A stretch of DNA of 64,000 bases from Octopus sinensis (Eukaryota): NCBI RefSeq assembly GCF_006345805.1, contig NC_043005.1, positions 50,592,001-50,656,000 on the forward strand. Direction: 5' to 3'. Numbering within the stretch: the first letter of the stretch is position 1; each line of letters starts with the position of its first letter. A program made the translations under genes and the position numbers. The notes under the pieces are model-generated. The model was not told the origin of the DNA. It saw only the letters and a list, made by a program, of their open reading frames with translations, and searched no databases. Positions 52,960 to 64,000 of this stretch are shown here, piece by piece.

Positions 52960-54730
52960 TAAACCTTGGGTCTTATTCTGTCGATACCTTTTGCCAAACT
53001 GCTAAGTTACGGTGACGTAATCAACCCAAACCGATGTCGAATGGTGTTGGCGGGTATACACACACACACATGTATATATGCATGTATGCATGTATATATA
53101 CAACAGACTTCCTTTAGTTTCTGTCTATCAAAATCCACTCACAAGACCTTGGTTGGCCCAGGGCTATAGTAGAAGGCACTTGCCTAAGGCGCTACGCAGA
53201 GTGACTGAACCTAGAACCACCCAGAGTCATGGGAGGAAAAGCAAGACTTCTTACCAAAACCACACAGCCACATCCTTTCACACAATCTTTCATGTAAAAT
53301 ATGTGGCTCTCCATATTCTTTTATTCTTTTATTTGTTTCAGTCATTTTAACTGCGGCCATGCTGGAGCACAGCCTTTAGTCGAACAAATCGACCCCAAAT
53401 CTTATTCTATCAGTGTCTTTTGTCGAACCGCTAAGTTACGGGGAAGTAAACACACCAACATCGGGTTGTCAAGCGATAGTGGACCCACGTACACACACAC
53501 ACCACACACACACACACACATACATGTATATACGACGGGCTTTCAGTTTCCGTCTACCAAATCTACTCACAAGGCTTTGGTCAGCCCGAGGCAATAGCAG
53601 AACACACATGCCCAAGGTGCCACGTAGTGGAACTGAACCTGCAACCATGTGGTTGGTAAGCAAGCTACTCGCCATACAGCCACTCCTGCGCCTATATCTA
53701 ATATAAAATATAAGGTCCACCACCTTCTTAGCAAGCACCATCATCTCGTTGTTCCGTGTGAAATTTTGCCAGAACTGAAACTACTTCAGAAGACAATAAA
53801 GTCGTAACAAGAAATTTTTCTACGACAAAACACTTTTGATGTCTAGAAAGACAACTAATAGTGTTATTTCATCTGTTATTCTTAAGATTTTTCCATTGTT
53901 TTTGTTTTGCATTGGGTTTCTTTTTTTTTATTTTATCTCATTTTGCTTTAGAAACATAGTATTAGTCATAGTTATTCGCTATTTAGTAAAGTGACTAATT
54001 TGTAGACATTCTCAGAATTTCTGTGTTTGTGTTTATTGAAATGTCTGCATTTAGCGTTTATCGTTTTATCTTTTATTTGTTTCAGTTATTAGACTGCGGC
54101 CATGCTGGGACACTGCCATGAAGAATTTTCAACCGAACGAATAAACTTCAGTACTTTATTTTTAAATTTGATACTTATTCTATCAGTCTGTTTTGCCGAA
54201 CCGCTAAGCTGCGGGACGTAAATAAAATAACGCCGGTTATCAGGTGGCGATGGTGGTGGGGCACAAACACTGACGTAAAGACGCCTCTTCTCTGTCTCTC
54301 TCACACGCACTCACTTACTTCCAAGTATACCCCACAAATATAATTGGCAAACCTATATGCATGTTCAATCTCGTGTGGACATCTCGTGTATAGTTCTTCA
54401 GATTATATTTTGCTTTGACGGTCACACTGATGAATTGCGGATATTTTCGTATGTAAATATGTAAGTGGTAACAATGAAAACGGGTATGCGACTAATCATT
54501 ATATTTTGTATCTTTTCATGTCTTTCTCGCTTACGTTCTGGCGTTTGCTGAATTTTCTTGAGAACAATCTTTTCTTAGTGGTCAAACCATATGGGGTCTA
54601 TATCTAGCATATTGGATGTCCACTTAGTGGTCATTCCTCTTATATGTATGTAATATAATTTTTCTGAATCTTCAAATTTTTTCAAAATGCTAGGCGAATT
54701 AATATTCAATTTTTTACCCTTATTATTTAA

Positions 54731-54800
<70 letters not shown>

Positions 54801-54851
54801 TGTCTAATATAGCAGCATTTTCAAACTTCATTTTTTACAAATATATATATA

Positions 54852-54913
<62 letters not shown>

Positions 54914-55045
54914 GTATTCTCTTAGTTTCCGTTTATCAAATGCGCTTACAAAGTTTTGGTTTGCCCGGAGCTATAGTGGAAAACACTTGCCAAGACCATA
55001 TGGTTGGGAAGCAAGCTTCTTGACACACAGCCACACCTGCGGCTA
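52960..55045 (-). mobile_element. Four co-oriented SINE family B copies (about 52960-53270, 53318-53692, 54060-54275, 54915-55045)
   Basis: Each matches the reverse complement of the family B head, body or tail; 53318-53692 is near full length. Confidence 0.85.
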
Positions 55046-55793
55046 TAAAGATTTTCAGGTGCAGCGGTGGAATGTGAAGATTTTCCGTGCGCTTTTGGAG
55101 AAGCTTGACCCATCTAGAGAATCCTATTTCTTTTATGTTCCTTTATCTACAATTTCTCAAACCCGGGGCTACGATTTTAGCCACAACTAGTTGTTACCAA
55201 TTTGGAAAGTTAAAACCCTGTTCACGAACGTAAGGAAACAGAAATATTCGTAATTACCTCCCTGGCTTATTCGGTTATGCAATACGGATTAATATTATTA
55301 ATCACCCCACTTAGCCCCGCTGTTGGTATTTCTCATATTGCATATACTTGAATAAATAACCCACATTATTTCTTATTCACATTCATATATACATATATGC
55401 ATGTTTACAAGCACGCATACAAACATTAATACACTCCAAAATAATGTAAACATACGCTTCATATAGCATTATCATCATCCTCAAGTTGACGCGAAACATC
55501 TTCATGTAGTGTATATCTGTTCCAGATCATCGCAGAGTTATTTTAGTCAATTAATTGGTAATCGCAGAAAAGATCATCAGGAAGAGAGAATTTCATGAGA
55601 AGATCACAGTCGACCCGCAGGATGTTTTCTTCACTTTCATAAGTATCTCTGTATGAGAGATAGTCGATACAAGGCTTTACAGTATTTGTTCCGACTCTCT
55701 GCTCTTTGAGTTCAAATCCCCTCGAAGTTAACCTTCTTCTTCTTCTTCTTCTTCTTCTCTTCTTCTTCTTCTTCTTCTTCTTCTTTCTTTCTT

Positions 55794-55841
<48 letters not shown>

Positions 55842-56442
55842 AATGTACAACTTTCTCTCTAGACGAAAATTCCGCCTGGTTTAAAATATCCCAGACAAGC
55901 CTTGTGTCACGCTAAAGAACCAAGCCGATTCTACGACTTTATTGGGAGACGAGAATTCAAGGCAATCTATTTAGCTATCGACATGTAGGGAGGTGTTTAT
56001 CCATTCGTGAAAAATGGTCCAGTTCACCATTTTGACTGCAAAACCTAGATTACTCTCCGAACTGCAGGGCTTTATTATTAAAGTGCGCATGGTTTATGGT
56101 GAGCCATTCGCACGCTTTCGTCGTTCAGACTTGTACTGACCTGGTGCGGCAAATGCTATAACCCTAGTAGTTATGAAGCTGAAGGATTTCAATGGTGTTA
56201 TCTCCACTTAGATGAGCAACTTAAAAGCCGAAGAGATTCATCTGCTCTAGGTGCATTGGAGTACCTATGAGAGACCTGCTTCCGGAAGCAATTCCATGAC
56301 ATGCTAATTGACTCATATTTGCGACCCTGACTGGAACTACAAGTCTGGGTCAGAGTAGGTACCACACTCCTCGAAATGTTGGAACACCCGAATACACTAC
56401 CGGAAACAGTTACAGTTATAACTATGAAAAAGAGCTATTATT

Positions 56443-56799
56443 GTAACGATATAGAAGACAGAAGACAGCACGCCGGAGTGTTCACTGTTGATGATGTAAT
56501 ATATAGATATACAAGCCTAACTCGCACAACGAACGAACTTTGTAATTAAAGTTTGATGCTATCATAGTAACGATATAAAAGATAGAGAAGATAGCACGCC
56601 CGAGTGTTCAGCTGTCGCCGATGTATACAGATATACAAGGCTAACTCGCACAACGAACGATCTCTTTTAAATAAAGTTTGATGCTATCATAGTAACGATA
56701 TAAAAGACAGAGAAGACAGCACGGCTAAGTGTTAAGCTGTTACTGATGTAAACAGATACACAAGGCTAACTCGCACAACGAACAAACTCTTAAAGTTTG
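56443..56799. repeat. Three-copy tandem repeat, unit 124-125 bp
   Basis: gtaacgatata at 56443, 56567 and 56692; ctaactcgcacaacgaac is invariant in all three copies. Confidence 0.95.
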
Positions 56800-57485
56800 T
56801 AAAGCAATGTCATTCGTGCTATAGGAAATAAATCTAATGGACTCCGCAGTTAGTGTATAAGAGTTGTTCTTGTAGCAGCAATGTGTCTCCTGAGATATAA
56901 TCTGTTGATTTTTAACAGCCTCAGGTTCGGCTTCGGTCAAGTGCAATGCATTAGGGAGACTTGAATGAAAGTACACATTTGTGTGTGTGTATATATGTGT
57001 GTGCATGTGTGTGCGTGCATGTGTGTGTTTGTATTCATATGTGTGTGTATATAAATGTGTTTGTGTATGTGTATATATATATATATATATATAGATAGAT
57101 AGATAGATAGATAGACAGATAGATAGATACATACATACATACATACATATATGTATGTATATTAATGTATGTATGCATGCATACATGTATGGTAACAGGT
57201 ATGTTTGTATATCCTTATGTATATACATTTATATCTGCGTGTACGTGAAATTATGTGTATGTATATGTGTGAGTGAATGGGTTGTCCTCTTTTTCTATCT
57301 CTCTCTCCCTTACCCTCTCCCTCTTACACGCACATAAACACAAAATTCTTTGGGTGGTAAGTGGCGGTATCCTTCCGGCACACACAACGAAATTTTCGCG
57401 TCGATGGGTAACATCATTTCCCGGCTGTTATGCCTACAGTACGGATGTGTAGTGCACACAAGATGACCGAATGCATCGAACAGAG

Positions 57486-57566
57486 ACCATAAGCCCATGT
57501 CTCATCACCAGTGACGATGGTCTTCGTGAATTCTGGGTTGTGGCTTGCACAGTCCAGCATGTCTTG
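57486..57566 (-). pseudogene. Isolated 81-bp mariner transposase fragment around the first catalytic Asp
   Basis: QDMLDCASHNPEFTKTIVTGDETWAYG (mariner ITGDETW motif); open frame, no TIRs nearby. Confidence 0.85.
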
Positions 57567-57866
57567 GGGTCATGTTCATGCGGAATTGCTTCTGCTGCTA
57601 CTGTTGCTGTTGCTGTTGCTGCTGTTGAGCGAACTGTCTTCGTCCCTATAGTGGGAGAAGTCTGAAACGTGGTCCTTTGCTATTCGTAAGACCTGCAGAA
57701 GAGAAAGCAGGCCAACCCCGACACCGAGAGCATCGACGGATGGATGAATGCGCATCCAGGATCAGCGGTTGCGTAGGAAGTCGGGGACAAGAAACAGGAA
57801 GAAAGAGTGAGAGAAAGTTGGAGCGAAAGAGTACAACAGGGGTCGCCACCGACGAGCTCGCATTAC

Positions 57867-58003
57867 ACGTCCGTAATGTAAGCGTATAAGCCGGGAACTG
57901 AAGCGGCTTACCGGCGCAAAAGCTTTTATATGTGCACGGAAAGGATGGGGCCATCTACCACTTAAAGGATTTTACCCAAGTAACATTAGTTTTGGCGGGA
58001 AAA
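57867..58003 (-). promoter_or_regulatory. Pol II core promoter: TATA + Inr + DPE, with upstream E2F site; predicted TSS 57899
   Basis: On the minus strand TATAAAAG starts at 57930 (-31), TCA(+1)GTT lies at 57901-57896, and GGACGT lies at +28..+33 (57872-57867). TTTTGGCGGGAAAA occupies 57990-58003. The region is locally GC/CpG-rich. Confidence 0.7.
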
Positions 58004-58297
58004 TAAAAGGCGTATACTTTTTGACGGCACCTCGTTTATATACATACAAACACATATATATACATGCATACACACACACACATATATATATATTTACATA
58101 AATAAGGATAAGATCGTTATTTAAATTAACGATTTTATCAGGTGGCTAGCATGGGAATAAAAACCTCAAAGGTAATAATTATTATTAAAATTATAATTAA
58201 AGGTATCTAAATGAACATTTAATGTGGTTTTAGAGTCAAGTTTTGGCTGCTATATCTAGCATGGTGGTATCTTTTAGATACCTTTAATTATAATTTT

Positions 58298-58379
<82 letters not shown>

Positions 58380-58487
58380 CATATATATATACACGTATAT
58401 GTATACGTACATGTATACATACATGCACACATACGAGTGTGCTTTGGGGATATGTATATACATGCTGTCAAATACACGTTTATATTT

Positions 58488-58606
<119 letters not shown>

Positions 58607-58900
58607 TGCATCTTACAGTTGTAAGAGCACAACAGAGAGGCAAATTGCATAAAACTTATCTGAATTTGTCCCGTGGGAATAATTTCATTCCGTGCTATTA
58701 ACTAATTAGTTTACAGCTGATATGAATATATTTTGAGGCTATTCTTTAATGTTCAGTAGTAAGCATTTCAATGTATTTCCAAAGGCGCTACGGTGGTTGT
58801 ACGTCTGTATGTCTGTTAGTTGACAGATAAGAGATAACTGGTAGCATGCTATCAATGGCACTCGTATGTCAGTCACATTATCTCTGTCTGTGTCTGTGTG

Positions 58901-58967
<67 letters not shown>

Positions 58968-59200
58968 CCCAATATTGACGACAGTGGCCATTATGTGACT
59001 GAAGTTAGATTGCTGATAGCCAAGAAAATAGCGTCTGATTTAGTTCAGACGACCGACTAGATGTAGCAGCGAAATCTTTTTGAAATCACGCACTCTGTGG
59101 TTTTTGAAATTGAGAAGGACATATTAGATAATTTAGATGTGGCTACATTTGCAAATACATAGCTACATACATTTATATATATATATATATATATATATAT

Positions 59201-59494
59201 GGAAAATTTAATCGTAACTAATTGTGACTGAGGGCGCTGAATAGCACCTATATTGCAGGAAATATGAGTTAAATCTCTTAATGTTGCATGAAGCGCACAA
59301 TATGTATGTGTATATATATATATATGTGTGTGTGTGTGCGCGCGCGCGCGTATGTATGTATGTATGTATGTATGTATGTATGTATGTATTGTATGTATGT
59401 ATGTATATCTATACACTGTCTCATGCAGTTTTAAGGGTTTTAAATGCAGGGGCTATTTAACGCTCTCAGTCACAATTAATGATAAAATGTTTCC
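59201..59494. mobile_element. Foldback element with 70-85 bp arms and a microsatellite-filled centre
   Basis: taattgtgactgagggcgctgaatagcacct..ttgcatga pairs with tcatgcag..ggggctatttaacgctctcagtcacaatta. Confidence 0.78.
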
Positions 59495-59565
59495 TTTCTG
59501 ATCTTACTCGTATATTGCGCCTAACTGCTTATATTATTTTATATAGGCAGTTATTTACACACGCA

Positions 59566-59629
<64 letters not shown>

Positions 59630-60199
59630 GTATTATACAAATATATACATGCACACACGCATACATATACATATATATTGTACAGTCATGGCTGGAATAC
59701 ATAGATCGTTCTAGCCCGGTATTGCCTTGGACAAAACTAATTATAACAACAATAACAAACCAGACTTCAAGCTGCTACGAGTACCGAGATATATCACGGT
59801 TATGAATAGTCGTAAAAGTTATTGGACGTGAAGGTGCAGTGATATGAGATCGAACCCAGAAATATTTTATTCGGAAGGCGACTTCTTAGCCTCATGTCCA
59901 GCTGTGTCTGTGTTTTTTACAATAAAATGTCCGAATTTCTGTAAGAATGAAATTGGTAACATTCTTTGCACAAAGTCGCTTCAAATTTTTCCCTGACAGA
60001 GGCCAGTTTTCTCTTCGTCATCTACTATCTTTGGTAGCGTTTTTTTCATGTTCTGTTTCTGCTCAAAGAGTTTGCAACCAAGATGATAGACATTCCTTCA
60101 TTGCTCTCAATCCTGTGTAACAGTTCCAAACTCCTTTATGTGTGCATATGAGTCTATAAGTTGACAACATGAATTATTCCAGTAGAAATACTAATTTAT

Positions 60200-61030
60200 T
60201 TTCCTGCACATTGTGCAAGTAAACTCCACAACTGATGCCTTTGAGCCATTGGAAAATATTGGTTAAGTAAAGATCGAAGTAGGGCACCAGGCATTTGGAA
60301 TGTTGTCATCTCACAGCCCTCTACCAGCCGGGCTATGCAGCCAGTGGAACTACCACGTTAGTAATTTGTAGAGAACTAATGCCGGAGATGTTGCTGTCGA
60401 GGAAATCTAAGGGCATCGCCGAGAGTGAACTAGTCGGTTTGTTCTAGAGGATTCTTTACCTAAGAACTATGGACAACTTTCAGATAGTTTTGACCTGACA
60501 GTTCTATAGAGTACCATATACCAGTACCAGATGCCGTCAAACAGGCCTGGATAAGATGCAGGCCGTGTGATGAAACAGTTCTACACACAGCCATTCAGTG
60601 ACCAAACATTACTGATTTGTTCCGTGTACTACAGAACCATTTACCAGCCAATTTCAAGAAAAAATTATCTTCACCACCTTCAATTAATCAGAAATAGCAG
60701 ACAGTCTTCCAATGGCTGATGGTTATAGCGAAAGAGTTTGTATGGTGGGCGGGAATGAAAAGGCTGAAGACATACTTTCTACGACGGTCAAGCCTTCGTA
60801 AGTTTTCTAGTTTCCACACAGAAATGAAAATTAGAATGGAGATGTTTTCTCCCAGGACTTTTGTTTAAAACGGTGCTCTCGAGAGGGTTCTGCTCTCAAC
60901 ATGTACCTGTAGGTCGGAGAATGATGTTTGGAAGAAAGTGCTTGCTTTCTCCCATTAATCATTCATGTTTGGGTATTCATGATAACCATAGATGATACTG
61001 GATCTTGGGGGTTCCTTTATTGCCCCTCGG
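60200..61030 (+). pseudogene. Highly decayed Gypsy/Ty3-like pol remnant (RT and integrase motifs)
   Basis: Motif fragments appear in the expected order across many frameshifts: SQW..(LV)..GDV, YHIPVPD, (G)LFR, PA.FQ, then IAKEFVWWAGM (integrase-region ARxxVWWPGM). Individual matches are weak; the order is the main support. Confidence 0.45.
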
Positions 61031-61276
61031 TAGCGATTTTCCATTCTGAGGACTATAACACATATTTGTTTACTCTCTGTATATTTTAATTACATTCTTT
61101 TCTCGTAGTTTCTTTGGCAAATCCCAACATTCTTTTGTGCGACCTTCAGCCCTCGTCCAGGTAGTAAAATATATGAAATCTCCTCCTCTTCCTCCTCCTC
61201 TTGATCATCGTCAAAACCCCTCACAATACACACACACACACACACACGCACACACACACACGCACACACACACGCA

Positions 61277-61334
<58 letters not shown>

Positions 61335-61440
61335 TACACACATTCTTTGTTTTGTCCTGTACTGTCCATAATGTCTTTTTCTTAATTTAAACCCCTTGTG
61401 GTTAATAAAAGAATTGTTATTATTATTATCATTATTATTA

Positions 61441-61476
<36 letters not shown>

Positions 61477-62182
61477 GTGAATCATCTCTCTTAAATCTGA
61501 ACTTTAACTTAAGCTGTCTGTTGTATGATGAAACTGAAAAGGTGTACTTGCTGTTGCTTATTTTTGTTGTTGCTTATGATGATGATGATGATCATCATCA
61601 TCATCATCATCATCATCATCTTGTTGTTGTTGTTGTTGTTACTGTTGTTGTATTGCTGTTGTTAATATTTCGAAAAACATATATTCAGTTATTCATGTCC
61701 ATGCGGTAACGTTCTGCTTTCCACTTTCCGATCACGATATTCTTTTGATCGATTTCTATATTCGCAAATCAAAACCCGTCTGTCTTAATGTTTGTCTTTT
61801 TTGTACGCCTGTCCGTCTGTTTGTCTGTGTTTGTCTTTCGCATTGTTTGTCTGGCTGGCTGGCTCTCTGTATTTACTTCTCTCCCCCACCTCCCTCTCTC
61901 CTTCTCTCCTTCTCTCCTCCCCCTCTCTCTTTCTCGCTTTCTGCTTTGTTTGTGTTTGTTTTTTTGCGTTATTTGTACAATGATACACATTGCCTTCAAA
62001 CATCATTTGAATATAAACTAGAGAGAGATGAACGTAAAGCATAACTTACATAAGTCAACATACAATACCTAGGTGCTATATGTGTATGTGTGTATACATA
62101 CGTACAAACACACACATACACACATCATATGCGCACACACACACATATATGTACAAAAGGTTTTATGTAAATATATATATAT

Positions 62183-62403
62183 ATTTCTTTATTGCCCACA
62201 AGGGGCTAAACATAGAGGGGACAAACAAGGACAGACAAAGGGATTAAGTCGATTACATCGACCCAGTGCGAAACTGGTACTTTATTTATCGACCCCGAGA
62301 GGATGAAAGGCAAAGTCGACCCCGGCGGAATTTGAACTCAGAACGTAACGACAGACGAAATACCGCTAAGCAAAGCATTTCGTCCGGCGCGCTAACGTTT
62401 CTG
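62183..62403 (-). mobile_element. SINE family A copy
   Basis: tatttctttattgcccacaagggg...gaaaggcaaagtcgaccccggcggaatttgaactcagaacg...gctaacgtttctg. Confidence 0.92.
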
Positions 62404-62904
62404 ACACACACACACACACAACACACACACACACCACACACACACACATACACACACGCACATACACAATCACATGAATGTGTGCATGATCAGCGCCTAC
62501 TTTCCAGAAATTAACGTCTTGTGTGATTTAACAAATATCTACTTTAATTCACAGGTTTAAAGGGCTGGAGAACTACAATCTACCCTGATAGGTTAAGCTT
62601 ACCGCTCCTATATAAAGCAATTTACTCGGAAGGCCACCCCAACATAAAACCTACAGTTTGCTGATCAACGCACCCGTTTTAACCCACTGAACCCTAAAGA
62701 GTGGGGTCGGATTAGGCGGACTCACTCTCAATTGGAAACAAGCTCAGCGTAGGCAGGAAGAAAATCTCTGCAGCGTCAAAGATCGGTTTCTACAGCAACA
62801 TGAAGGCGTGCTGTTATACTTGACCTTCGGTCATGAAAAAGACTGACGTCATCAGTTATATTTAAATTTTTAGGTGAAGAATGTGATATGAAGAAAGTGA
62901 GAAT

Positions 62905-63200
62905 GAATGAATGTGTGAGTGAGCGAGTGAGCGAGTAAATCAGTGAGTGAGTGAATGAGTGAATGAGCGAGTGAGCGTGTTAGTGAATGAGTGAGTGAGT
63001 GAGTAAGTGAGTGAGTGAGTGAGTGAGTAAGTGAGTAAGTGAGTGAGTGAGCGAGTAAGGGAGTGAATGAGTGAGTGAGTGAGTGAGTGAGTGGGCGAGT
63101 GAGCGAGTGAGTGTTGAATGAGTGAGTGAGTTAGTGAGTGAATTAGTGAGAGAGCGAGTGAGTGAGTGAGTGAGTGAGTGAATGATTAAGTGAGTGATCG
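62905..63200. repeat. (GAGT)n / (GAAT)n degenerate tetranucleotide array
   Basis: Directly visible; gives the THSL ORF 62980..63237. Confidence 0.93.
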
Positions 63201-63369
63201 AGTAAGAGAGAGAGAGAGAACGATAAAAAATGAGCAAGAAAGAGGGAGAGAGAAGGAGAGAGAAAATGAGTGTGTAGATGAATGAGTATGCTGAGTAGGA
63301 GAGAAGGACGAAGGTGATATGAAAAGAGGAAAGACAAGATTCTAGAAAACTGAGCGGAAATCATTTGCT

Positions 63370-63790
63370 GTTTATTTTTTTACTTGTTTCAGTCATTGGA
63401 CTACGGCCATGCTGATGCACTGCCCTGAACAGTTCAAGCCCGGTTATCAAGCATTGGGTGCGAGGTAAAAACACAGACCCAAAAACACACACATGTACAA
63501 ACATACGCCAACGCACGAAACTCTCAGACCTTGAGTTACTAAATATTAATAAAAATATACATATACCCATATTTTGAGTTTTATTTTTCCTATTTGCACC
63601 TGCATACCTATGTGTGTGTGTGTGTGTAGCTGAGTAGACGATGGAATTCCACGCATTCCAAATTCATTTAGAAGGCTTTAGTTAGCCAGAGGCTATAGTA
63701 GAAGACACTTGCCCAAGGTGCCACGCGGTGAGGCTGAACCCGAAACGACATGGTTGCAAAGCGAGCAACTTAACCATACAGCCATGCCGA
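63370..63790 (-). mobile_element. SINE family B, fragmented
   Basis: ttacttgtttcagtcattggactacggccatgc (3' end) and ggctatagtagaagacacttgcccaaggtgccacgc..accatacagcc (5' end). Confidence 0.82.
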
Positions 63791-63906
63791 CATCTTAAAG
63801 AAACAAGAAAACAAAGGATGTGTGAAAAACAGAAAAGAACGCCGGAATGTGGAAATAAGACAAGCAGAAAGGAAGAGGCTATCGAAAATTAATAAAAGCG
63901 GGTGCG

Positions 63907-63948
<42 letters not shown>

Positions 63949-64000
63949 GGAGGAGGAGGAGGAGGAGGAGGAGGAGGAAAAAAGATCTCCTTGCCGTTTT

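Noticed and set aside
59325-59352. (TG)n(CG)n Z-DNA-prone tracts (also about 23860 and 42660-42692) and the (GGT)n tract at 50741-50805
   Set aside because: These are real sequence features but generic in this microsatellite-rich genome; nothing marks them as functional.
60170-60260. FPAHCASKL..D.FEPL resembling a pogo/Tigger DDE motif (LPAH.SH.LQPLD)
   Set aside because: It needs a frameshift, the upstream catalytic motif is absent, and the neighbouring sequence fits a Gypsy pol order better.
62605-62650. Plus-strand TATAAAG
   Set aside because: No initiator or DPE at the required spacing.

Overview
AT-rich, extremely microsatellite-dense eukaryotic DNA. Its repeat repertoire (two abundant tRNA-derived SINE families, RTE and R4/Dong LINE remnants, mariner/maT elements, Helentron-type non-autonomous elements) is most consistent with intergenic or intronic DNA of a coleoid cephalopod (Octopus-like). 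This taxon call is inference from recognised repeats, not a database hit. I recognise no intact host protein-coding gene. Nearly all ORFs in the supplied track are microsatellite translations, and the few meaningful ones are decayed transposon ORFs. Three signals stand out. (1) A minus-strand Pol II core promoter at about 57,899 with TATA (-31), Inr and DPE (+28) at canonical spacing plus an upstream E2F site; it leads into two short ORFs and a mariner fragment, not a long ORF. (2) At least six minimal hammerhead-ribozyme-like motifs in Penelope-type foldback elements beside (TA)n tracts, including a 230-nt near-perfect hairpin whose two arms each carry a hammerhead fold. (3) A nested transposon ecology: SINE multimers with a 184-bp unit, R4/Dong-type elements abutting the (ATT)n tails of antisense SINEs, and a TSD-SINE-TSD-SINE-TSD stack. 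A dense TGACGTCA (CRE) cluster at 11.2-11.8 kb also merits attention. All coordinates were read by eye; boundaries of decayed elements are approximate.
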